A stretch of DNA of 64,000 bases from an uncultured Acidimicrobiales bacterium (GTDB taxonomy: Bacteria > Actinomycetota > Acidimicrobiia > Acidimicrobiales > SHLQ01), in contig CALKGG010000070.1 in the NCBI GenBank assembly GCA_938084885.1, forward strand, positions 17,556 through 81,555. The letters are read 5' to 3'. Below, in pieces: positions 28,943 through 38,900 of the stretch; positions within the stretch are counted from its first letter, which is position 1; each line of letters starts with the position of its first letter. Both the position numbers and the translations under genes were made by a program. The notes below the pieces were generated by a model. The model was not told the origin of the DNA and made no database searches. It saw nothing but the letters and a program-made list of their open reading frames with translations.

Positions 28943-29808
28943 CAGCTCTCCCCTCGGACTCCGGCGAACAGATCGTCCTCGATACCGTCGGCGAGGTCGA
29001 CCTTCGACATTGCCAGCTCATAGTCATCGTACGGATACACCGCTGCGGCAATGTCGCGGGGCAACGGGAACCAGAACGACTCCTCTGGATCGACCTGTGT
29101 TGCATGCGCAAGCAAGGCATCGCATCGCTCGTTCCAGAAGTCCTGAACGTCGATCTTGGCCGTAATGAGGTGGTCCTCTGATTCACGATCAAGGAAGCGC
29201 TCGTCGAACGGGCTCTCGCCATTGACCTCGAGGCACTTCTCGTGTGTCTTGACGATCCGCTCGTGAGACCACGCCGTGTAATACATCTTTGCGGGCTGCC
29301 ATGGCTTGCCAGCTTCGGGGAACTGATCGGGGTCACCAGCAGCGTCGAACGCCGGGATCGAAATATCGTTCACTCGAAGATGATCGGGATGCAAGTACCC
29401 GGACTGATGGTCGCTGTACGTCACGATCACGTGCGGACGTTCTTCACGGATAATGGAAACGAGCCGTTCGACAGCCTCATCGAGGGGAGCGTTCGCGAAA
29501 TTGCCGGGATGGGCGTTCTCTGGCATGTCGGGCATTCCCGAATCGAGATAGCCAAGCATCGCGACGCGGTCATACCCAATGATCTCGGCTGAACGGTCAA
29601 GTTCTGCCCGCCGGATCGCCACGATGTTGTCCTTGTTCTCCGGAGTGTCGAGCGTCGCGTTGAGAATGTCGCCCGCTCCCCCGTCGGTGCAGCAGACGAG
29701 CACACAACGAACGCCTTCGTTCTTGTACTTGGCCACCGTCCCGGCGCCCTTTGAAGCTTCATCATCGGGGTGGGCGTGAATAGTGAGTAGTCGGAGGTCC
29801 GATTCCAT
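28942..29808 (-). CDS. mca: mycothiol S-conjugate amidase (LmbE/PIG-L family)
   Basis: MESDLRLLTIHAHPDDEASKGAGTVAKY parallels the mycobacterial Mca [27 protein letters not shown]. Also has HPDHLRV and ALLAHATQVDP. An alternative ATG is at 29817. Confidence 0.8.
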   Translation of the reverse strand: MESDLRLLTIHAHPDDEASKGAGTVAKYKNEGVRCVLVCCTDGGAGDILNATLDTPENKDNIVAIRRAELDRSAEIIGYDRVAMLGYLDSGMPDMPENAHPGNFANAPLDEAVERLVSIIREERPHVIVTYSDHQSGYLHPDHLRVNDISIPAFDAAGDPDQFPEAGKPWQPAKMYYTAWSHERIVKTHEKCLEVNGESPFDERFLDRESEDHLITAKIDVQDFWNERCDALLAHATQVDPEESFWFPLPRDIAAAVYPYDDYELAMSKVDLADGIEDDLFAGVRGES

Positions 29809-29939
29809 TCGCCGCACGATATCGCCGCGAAGTCCCCGTGCGGGAGGTCACAAGGTAAGCTGCCCGCTGCAACGCCCAACGCACGTGACTCAACCACGAT
29901 CGTCGGCGGACGCCACCCCTCGAAAATGCTGGAGATCGA

Positions 29940-30218
29940 GTGCGAGCTCGCGCAGAACAATTTGGTACCGCACTGCGCCCAGGAGCCATGCTCGGTCTCG
30001 TCGTCACCGTGATTGTCAGCCTGGTCGGTCTCGTACAACTCGATCAGCGACTCATGCTCATTGGACTGATAGCGGGGCCGCTCATCGTGCTCCTCAACGC
30101 CGTCATCGTTGGTGTTTTGAGATGGCATCACAAAAACACCCACCCCGAGGCCACGTATCTGTCAGCCGAAGAGATGGTGCGGCTCCAAAGACTTCAGTCC
30201 AGCCGCCGAGCCCGATAA
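29940..30218 (+). CDS. possible small two-TM membrane protein, divergent from mca
   Basis: Tracked ORF with an internal ATG at 29988 (MLGLVVTVIVSLVGLV...LIGLIAGPLIVLLNAVIVGVL). The opposite strand also looks coding-like, so the call is tentative. Confidence 0.3.
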   Translation: MRARAEQFGTALRPGAMLGLVVTVIVSLVGLVQLDQRLMLIGLIAGPLIVLLNAVIVGVLRWHHKNTHPEATYLSAEEMVRLQRLQSSRRAR

Positions 30219-30241
30219 CGCTCCCGGCTATCGTTGCGCGC

Positions 30242-31462
30242 CTACGGTTCGAGCGCCGCCAACTCGTGGTCTCCAGCCTCATCGTCGGCGACGAGACTCC
30301 AACCAAAGATCGCCGCGAACTGTTCACGGCCTTCATCGGGACCACTGGCAATCACTTCATCGCCGACCGAAAGCCGGTCGCGACCCGTTGGCCGATGACG
30401 GTACGTCGATCCTGTCTTAATGGCCAGCACCGTGTACCCGGGTGCAACGTCGAGTTGTAAGTCGGCAAGCCGCTGGCCTTGCGCGCCGCAACCCGGAGCG
30501 ACCGGAACCCGCAACACCACCTCGTCAGCGTCGGCCAACGCCACACCGAGCACCGGATGCACCTCTTCACCGCGCTCGACAAACATCACCATCGCCGACG
30601 CCTGGTCACCAATATCTTCCGAAGCCGCAGCCAGGTGCAACAACCCGCGAAGCGGCGACGGCTCCGAGCTCGACGCTGCTGCACGCAACACCCAGGTCTC
30701 AAGCTGGTCATGCATCTCATCGAGACGGGTTTCGAGATGGCGCACTTCAGCAGCCAAACCCCGATCACCAAGCACCAGCGCCGAGTAGGCCAAGCCAACC
30801 GCAGCTTCCGACAGATTCTTCATCTCGACCAAAATGTCGATCGCCCGGTCGAGCTCTTCAATTGGTTCGGTCTCGGGAATTGGCTCACGCGGCGGGGCGC
30901 CTGCGAGATCTCGGACTGCCGGGATGCCGCCAGGTGGCCCCTCAAGAAACAGGACATCGTCTGGGACCAGAATGGTTTCTCCCGACACCGCCGTAGTCCA
31001 ACCATCTCCTCCACGCACTGCGAGAATCCTCATACCGGTATGGACCGGCAATTCGAGATCGACGAGCGTCGAGTGCGCCATTGCCGACGACTCGGCTACA
31101 ACAACACGATGAGAGACCTCTTCAGCATCGCGAAGCTCCTCGACCAAGTGCGCGGGAATCCCGAGGTTGTTCGTCACGGTGCGAGCAATATTCACCGCGT
31201 CGTTGCCAATACGCTCGATCGCCGAAATGACCTGCAGGACACGCCCCATGCCCGGGGCCTCCCGGGGGTGACGCACGCCGAGAATTGCAAGCGAACGCAT
31301 GTCGGCCACCAACTGGGTGAGCACCAACTCGAGGTCGCGAACTTCCTCGGCCATGTCCGGATCGCCGAAGTACACCGCAGCGTATGCGAGGTCGACCATC
31401 AGCTCGGACGTGTCTTTGGCATCGGCCAAAAGCGTTCTCAGATTGCGAGGTTTGTCATCCAT
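30242..31462 (-). CDS. regulatory protein with PhoU-like and two TrkA-C (RCK-C) domains (COG3273-like)
   Basis: Duplicated pattern ELMVDLAYAAVYFGDPDMAEEVRDLE / EAAVGLAYSALVLGDRGLAAEVRHLE, each followed by a ligand-binding-like beta domain. It sits next to an MgtE-like permease. Confidence 0.65.
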   Translation of the reverse strand: MDDKPRNLRTLLADAKDTSELMVDLAYAAVYFGDPDMAEEVRDLELVLTQLVADMRSLAILGVRHPREAPGMGRVLQVISAIERIGNDAVNIARTVTNNLGIPAHLVEELRDAEEVSHRVVVAESSAMAHSTLVDLELPVHTGMRILAVRGGDGWTTAVSGETILVPDDVLFLEGPPGGIPAVRDLAGAPPREPIPETEPIEELDRAIDILVEMKNLSEAAVGLAYSALVLGDRGLAAEVRHLETRLDEMHDQLETWVLRAAASSSEPSPLRGLLHLAAASEDIGDQASAMVMFVERGEEVHPVLGVALADADEVVLRVPVAPGCGAQGQRLADLQLDVAPGYTVLAIKTGSTYRHRPTGRDRLSVGDEVIASGPDEGREQFAAIFGWSLVADDEAGDHELAALEP

Positions 31463-31534
31463 GAGTTTCTAGTTTCTTCGGCCACTGTAGAGAACCGAAT
31501 CGATTGAGGAAAGGGTGATCCACTGTTTGGGAGG

Positions 31535-32779
31535 TCATGTGGCAACTCCGAGCAGAAGGAGCGCTCCAACCAACGTGAACGCACCAACGAGGTCGAGCAC
31601 CGAGTTGGTTAACGGAATGGTTGCGGTGTCTGGGTCGAGCCCAACACGAACCGCCCCGAGCGTCCCGTAATAGGCAACGGCTAACACCACAACGGTTGCT
31701 CCCGTACCAGCGAGCAACGCAATCGCCACCATCGTCCCAACACCGGGGCTTGCCGCGTCGACAACGACCGACCCGAGGTGAGCAGCGAGGCCAACCGAAA
31801 CAAAGATCGGGACAGCCAATGCCGCCACCGAACGAATATCGAGCCACGCTTCGCGCTGGGGAATGGCCCGCGGCTGGATAAGACCCAAATGCACCTTCGA
31901 ACCGAGACGACTCGACAATATCCCGCCGAGTGCACCTGCCATCCCAAAGTACGCGGGGACCAACACGAGAAGCGCCGGCTGTTCAAGAAAGGTCCCAAGA
32001 GAACCCTCCACGACTATCCCTGCAACGAGCGAGATGAACGACGCAACCGAGAGTACCGGGAGCGACTCGAGGACTATTCGTCGAAGGAGGGGTAGACCCC
32101 GACGGAGGCAGAGCGTGAGAACAACTGCCGCAAGAACCAAGACGGTCAGACCCACGAACGAGCCCACACCCCCAGATCCTCCATCGGCCTTGCGACCAAC
32201 AAGAAGCGACGCCCCAAGCAACGCCGGAAGCGTGACGAGATCTCCCGTGGCCGTCACTAGCGGAGCGGTCACGTTGTCGAGGTCCCAACCAAATCGTGTC
32301 GAACCAGCCGCAAGGGCAACGGTAATCCCCAGCACAACCACCGACGCAACAACACCTCCAACGGCCGAGATCGTGAGGAAGTCGAGAATTCCCATTGCAC
32401 CCTCGACCCGAAAGAGACGTGCGAGCAGCCAAGCAACCAGCCCCAACCAGGTAGCGGCGATCAAACTCAACCCGAGCGATGCCAGAACGTTTTGGCCAAA
32501 CACGGTGTCAGGGCGACGGGAGATATTGAATTCGCCCGTGTGAATAGCGGTGCCCATTCGGCTACCGAGCGCACCAAACACGTTGCCTCGTTGGGCAATC
32601 GCGGCAGGTACAAGAAGCAACAACCCCGGAAGCTCTTCCAACCGCGTCTCGGCAGACGCGAGCGTGAGCCCTGCACCGAGGGTCGCAACGACCGACACCA
32701 GCAGCGCAACTCCGGACTGCGCGACCGCAGCGGGGTCAGGCCCGAGAATGCGGACCAGCCGCGCGACGAAAGAGCGCAT
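31535..32779 (-). CDS. MgtE/SLC41-like divalent-cation transporter (duplicated membrane domain, COG1824-like)
   Basis: Polytopic, with internal duplication (PGLLLLVPAAIAQRGNVFGALGSRMGT / PALLVLVPAYFGMAGALGGILSSRLGS). Start chosen at MRSFVARL (32779). The tracked start is 32845. Confidence 0.65.
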   Translation of the reverse strand: MRSFVARLVRILGPDPAAVAQSGVALLVSVVATLGAGLTLASAETRLEELPGLLLLVPAAIAQRGNVFGALGSRMGTAIHTGEFNISRRPDTVFGQNVLASLGLSLIAATWLGLVAWLLARLFRVEGAMGILDFLTISAVGGVVASVVVLGITVALAAGSTRFGWDLDNVTAPLVTATGDLVTLPALLGASLLVGRKADGGSGGVGSFVGLTVLVLAAVVLTLCLRRGLPLLRRIVLESLPVLSVASFISLVAGIVVEGSLGTFLEQPALLVLVPAYFGMAGALGGILSSRLGSKVHLGLIQPRAIPQREAWLDIRSVAALAVPIFVSVGLAAHLGSVVVDAASPGVGTMVAIALLAGTGATVVVLAVAYYGTLGAVRVGLDPDTATIPLTNSVLDLVGAFTLVGALLLLGVAT

Positions 32780-32902
32780 GGACGTAAGGGTAGGCCAACT
32801 TTGGTCGCAGCTCTCATGTTGCATCTCGCCAACCCGATAGTTCATTGCCCCCCAACGTGGATGGGCTTATTGATCTTTTCGCAGCCCGATCGGGATGAAC
32901 GA

Positions 32903-35900
32903 ATGAAAAAACTCAACGGTGTTATCACCAACCTCAGGATCATGGTGGTCATGGCCGTCGTTGCGACCACCATCGTCGTCTTCCAACTGCCGAGTTTCGC
33001 TTCGCCCACAGGCCTCGACGCCTGCTTCTTTCGTGACCTCAACGGGTCGAGCATCCAAGGCGACAGCACCAACGTTGGAGCCGGGGACGAGGTGGCGTTC
33101 ACCGAACCCATCTCGGTCGAGCTCGTCGACCAAACAACCGGTGGAACAACGCTCCTGACAACGAACCCCACAACGGGATGTGTCGACTTCCCGAACCTGG
33201 CCGACGCCACAAACTACCAACTCAACGTCACCTACCCGCCAGAGTACCGGTCGTCACCAACCGGCGGTGACACCGACTTCACCCCCAACGGAGCCCCGGC
33301 CACTGCTGGAGACCCATTCACTTCGACCTACACCTTCACCTACACCACCGGCGATGACCTCGCTATCACCGGCGGTGTCAGCGGCATCCCCCAGGTGTCG
33401 CTCGGTTATTTCATTACCCCATCGGGCAATCCACTGATCGAGACCGGCACAGCGTCGTTCAACACCAGCGGTAACTGCCCCGTCCAAGAACCCGGCGACG
33501 ATTGTGGCGAACTCGACGACGTTGTACGGACCAACGACATCACCACGATCGGCTACACAATCACCGCCGACAACATCCCCGACCCAAACACGAACCCCTT
33601 GAACGACATCGTCGTCGAACAGGTCATTACGCCAAACAACGGCGCCGTCGTCAGCGTGCCGTCGCTACACCCAAACTGTTTGACCTCCGGGGTGTCGCCC
33701 GTCTCGTCAATCGACACGGATCCAGCGACCGGAGTTGTCACCGTGACCTGCAATATCGGGCCGAAAGGTAACGGAACATCGATCCTGCCAATGTTCATCA
33801 AAGCGAACGGCGACTCGACGAACGGCTCGTTCTTCGAGGTCGACGCTCGGGTCTACACCGGTGACGACAGCGCTCAGCTGTCAGACGAAAGCATCATTGC
33901 GACCGAAGAGATCTTCGTGTCCGCCGCGCCGCGTTTCGACATCACCAAAGGCAACGATGCCTCCAACCCGTTCAACCGGGTGATCTTCCTCCAGTTCACC
34001 GAACGGGTGAACCCAAACACCGGCCTCACCGAGTTGGGCGCAGGATACCGCTGGGACATTTCGGTCTTGTACGACGGCGGCGCCAAAGGCCAGGCGGCGC
34101 TCGCCGAACCAATCACCTTCTCCGACGTCATCCCCGCCGAGTTCCCAGGCTTCAAACTCCTTGCCTGCCGGTCCAACCCTCAAGGCGGCGGTGGGCTTCC
34201 AGCCGACTTGGCTGGCCCTCAAGACTGGGGCGAGCGAGGAACGTGGAATTGCGTCGAGGACAGGGCAAACAACGAGATCGACGTGACGGTCACCAATGTC
34301 GACACCGACGGCGACCCGGTCCCGACCCAGGGAAACAACGGAACTGACCTGTCGTCGGGCCCCTTTGTGGCATTCGCTGGTTCAATCGACATCTGGTACC
34401 CCGTGAGCGACTTCTACCGAAGCGTCGACCCCGACTGGCAGCCCGGTGATGACCCGATCGAGGGAACGTACCCCCTCAACAACGTCATTTCGAACTTTGC
34501 TCCCGTCGACTCGACCGGACAGGAAAACTACGGCGGCGCGGGCGAACCCACCGAGAACAACGATCGCACAACCAACGTGCAAATCGCCGAAGCTGGCGCG
34601 TTCAGCAAACTGCTCGGTTCCTATGAATGGGCCGACGGCCGAATCCCCGATGGTTCGCTGACCGGCACCGCCGCGCTGTGGCCGTGTAGCGGAGGTGCGA
34701 TCGCTGGCGGGTCCCTTCCCTCAGGCCAGACTCAAACCTGCAACGCCGGCGATGCGCCTGCACAGCCCGGAGAACGAGCCCACTTTTGGTTCTGGCTGAG
34801 AAACCAAGGCACCTTTCCCTGGCCAGCCGACACCGTTGCGCTCTGCGATGCCTTCGATAACACCACCATGAGCCTCACGCAATGGACCGGCGGCGAAACG
34901 CTCTACATCCGGGGGTCATTCCCCGACGACGCATACATCGTCGAGTACGCAACCGCTGGTTTCAACAACGACCCAACCACGAACGATTGGACCGACCAAG
35001 TCGCCGCGGTTCGAGACTGTGCGGCACCGAACAACGATTGGTCAGAAGATCCCTTTAGCTTCGACGCCGACCCTGACACCTCACTCGAGATGGTCGGTAT
35101 GGTTCGGGTCAGGCTCGACAGCAATGTCGTGTCTGAAGTCGCCCCATCGCAGTTCTACCAAGTGTCCTTGCCTGTCGAGATTCGGAACACCTTCAACGGT
35201 GGCCCAAATGACGGCGAACTCATTCCCCCCGGAACAGTCATTGCCAACAACGCTAACCGCACGTTTGGCTCGACCGCCTATACAAACACCGTCTTCGGCG
35301 CCGAAAACTACACCCAGGCAAACCTTGGCGATCGCCTGATCCTAAACCGCCACCAGGTTCGCATCTCAAAGACCGCCTCGGTCGACACAACGTCGCCGAC
35401 AGATGATGACCTCTCGAACGTCGAAGGTTCTGACACCGTCATTTGGTGGCTTCAGCCAGCGGTCACCGCTGTTACCTCGGCGATAGCGCCAAACGTGCAG
35501 GTCATCGACACCCTTCCGGCCGGAATCACCTTCGACTCGTTCTGTCAAACAAGCCAGGCCTACCCCGACGCCGATGTCTCGCTCAGTTCGGTGACGAACA
35601 ATCCCGACGGCACCACCACGCTGCTGTTCGACCTCGGCGATCGACCGACCAACGTGGCGATTGGCCCAATCCCGGTCTGCACCACCATCGACAACTTCCT
35701 CGATCCCGGCACCGATCTTACGAACAACGTCGAGATTCGATCGGACACCGACGTGTCCCCTGAGGGCACGCGAAGCGACGAACGCACCGTCTCGGTGATT
35801 GCTTCGGGTGAGTTCCAACTGATCAAGGCTGTCGACGCCCCTCTCGAACTTCAGCTTGATACCCAGGCGTTCACGATTGGTTGGAGCAACTTGTCGGACG

Positions 35901-38900
35901 ACTTCGACTTCCAGCCACCCGACGTCATCGACGTGTGGCCATACAACGGCGACGCACTCAACCCGCTGAACGAGCGCACCGAGTTCGACTCGAACTTCTC
36001 GGGAAGCTACGAGCTCACGAGCTGGTTGCCTCAACCAACGACCACCGCTGGAGGGGGCGCCACACGCCCAACGACCGGTACATGGTATTACACCGCAGAT
36101 GACCCCAACACGGTTCCCTACGATGCTGCTCATCCTGACAACGACCTCGCTGCACCCGGTGGAGTGAACTGGTGCACGCAAGCTGAACTGACAATAGGAA
36201 CAGCACCCTGCGACTTCACATTCTCGGACTCGACAGGCGCACGCTTTGTCCAAGAAGAGATCCTCTCCTCTCGTGAGACCGTCACCGTCAACTACACATT
36301 CCAAGCGGGATCGTTGAGCGACCCGAACCTGCCAGGAGACCGCTACGTCAACCGTTTCGCGGCCCGAACCGCCAGTGTGAGCGGTCTGATCCGCTCGAAC
36401 GAAGTCCTCGTCCAGGTGCTTTCGATGAGCTTGGGCGACCTTGTCTTCCTCGATGCCGACGTCGACGGCGCATTCACCCCCGGTATCGATGTGCCAATTC
36501 AAGGCACCGCTGTCGAACTATGGATCGACAATGATGCAGGAACATTTGTCCAAGCTGACTCGACCATCACCGACGCAGACGGCCGGTACATCTTCGAAGG
36601 GTTGCTCGAGGGCACCTACGAAGTACGGATTCCCGACGCCGAACTGAATGGTGGCACCCTCGACACCTTCACGCAAACAGTCAACCCCATCGCTGCCGAC
36701 AACGATGACAACGAAAACATCGATCACCAGGCATCGAACTCGGGCCTTGGATACACCACGTCTGGACCTGTCACGCTGAGCGCCGACACCACCGTCGACC
36801 CTCCACTCGGGCTCGAACCAGTGGGAGACAACGTCCTCGGCATTGGGAACATGTTGACGTTTGACAACCTGACCAACTTGACCGTCGACCTCGGATTCCG
36901 CGGCGACCCCGCAGTCCGGCTCGTCAAAGAAGTCTGTGACCCAGCCGTTGGGTCTTGCGACCTGACGACCTCTGCACTCGATCCGAGTGACGGGTGGGTA
37001 GAAACAACCACCGTTGCATTCACCGACACCGCGCAGTGGCGAATTTCCATTCTCAACACCGGTTTCGAAGTCCTCACCAACATCGCTGTCGCCGACGATG
37101 CCGAACCCGGTTGCAACCAGGCGGCAGGATCCATTCCTGACCTTGGTATCGGCGAATCGTTCGCTTACGTGTGCTCGACGAGCAACGTGTTGCGCGACGT
37201 ATTGAACACGGCGGCAGTTTCCGCCGAGGGCTTGGGCTCTCGCGACGCTGTCGAAGACGACGACTCCGCTGCGGTCGAGACTCCTCCCGAGGATCCCGAT
37301 ATCGAGGTCGTGAAATTTGTCAATGGCAACGACGCCCAAACCGCACCCGGCATCTTCATCGACCCGGGCTCGCAGGTGACCTTCACATACGAGGTCACAC
37401 TTGGCAGCGGTATCGTTCCGCTCGCCGATGTCGCCGTCGACGACGACAATGGCACCCCGCTCGACGCAACCGACGATTTCGCAGCAGTCTTTGTGAACGG
37501 CGATACCGATGGCGACAACCGCCTCGATATTGGAGAGACCTGGCTCTTTGAAGCCACCGGTTTCACTGCACTCGCCGACCAGTACGCAAACTGGGCTACA
37601 GCGACCGGCACTCCAGTCACCGCTGGAGCCGCAGAGCTCAGCGACATCGACCCAGCGCACTACTTCGGTGTCGAAGCAAACAGCGACCTGACCAAGCTCG
37701 TCAACGGCCAGGACGCCAACTCCACGCCGGGTATCTCGGTCGCTGCCGGCGACCCCATCACCTTTAGCTACGTGGTGGAGAACACAGGCAACACTCCGTT
37801 GTTCGTCGTTGCCTTCACCGATGACGCTGGAACAACGAGTGATCCCACTGACGATTGGACTCCGGTTCTCGTATCAGGTGATACCGATGGCGACGGCCTG
37901 ATCGATACGACCGAAACGTGGACCTTCGAGCACACGGGCGAAACCGCCGTTGCGAACCAATACACGAACCTCGCGGTCATCACCCTGGCCGATCCGCTCG
38001 GCAATCAGGTGAACAGTTCGGATCCAGCGAACTACTTCGGAACCAACCCGGCGTTCGCCGTTGAAAAGTCGACCAATGGAGCCGACGCTGACGTGGATCC
38101 GGTCCTTGTCGGTGCCAATAGCGCGCTCCTCTGGGAGTACGTGTTGACCAACACGGGCAACGCGCCGATTAGCAGTCCTCAGGTCGAAGACGACAACGGC
38201 ACTCCAGCCGATACCACCGACGATTTCATCGCCACGTTCGTCTCCGGCGACGCAAATGGTGACGGTGTGCTCGACCTCGACGAAACCTGGATCTTCCAGG
38301 CAACCGGTACCGCCACAGAGCTTGCCTATACAAACAACGCAATCGCCACCGGCGAAGGCCCGACGTCGCTCGACGTCGACGGCAACCCGGTAGCCGGCGT
38401 TCCGGTCGAGGCTGAGGACCCGTCGAGTTACATCGTTGCGAGCCCGGACGTCGCGATAACAAAGGCGACCAATCGCGTGAATAGTGCGACAGCGCCCGGC
38501 GTCTTGGTGAGACCTGGCGATCTGGTGACGTGGACCTACACGGTTACTAACCCCGGCGACGTTCCGCTCAGCAACGTGATGGTGTCCGATGACAACGGCA
38601 CCGCGGCCCTGCTGACCGATGACCTGACCGCAGCCTTCATCTCCGGCGACGCGAATGGCGACGGCCTCCTCGATGTCGACGAAACCTGGACCTTCCAAGC
38701 AACCGGCACCGCCATTGCTGGCCAATACCAAAACCGAGCGACTGTCACCGCCACACCACCAGAGGTCACGGACCCCGACGGAACCACCAGTGATCCGCCA
38801 ACGGTGACTGACAGCGATGACGATTACTACTTCGGCATCGACCCCGAGATCGAGATCGTCAAAGCAACCAACGGCACAGACAACGCAGCCGCACCGGGTA

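Noticed and set aside
29427-30143. 238-aa minus-strand ORF starting with an acidic peptide
   Set aside because: It would overlap the well-supported mca gene by about 390 nt in another frame. It was retained only as an ambiguity note for the 29818-30241 spacer.
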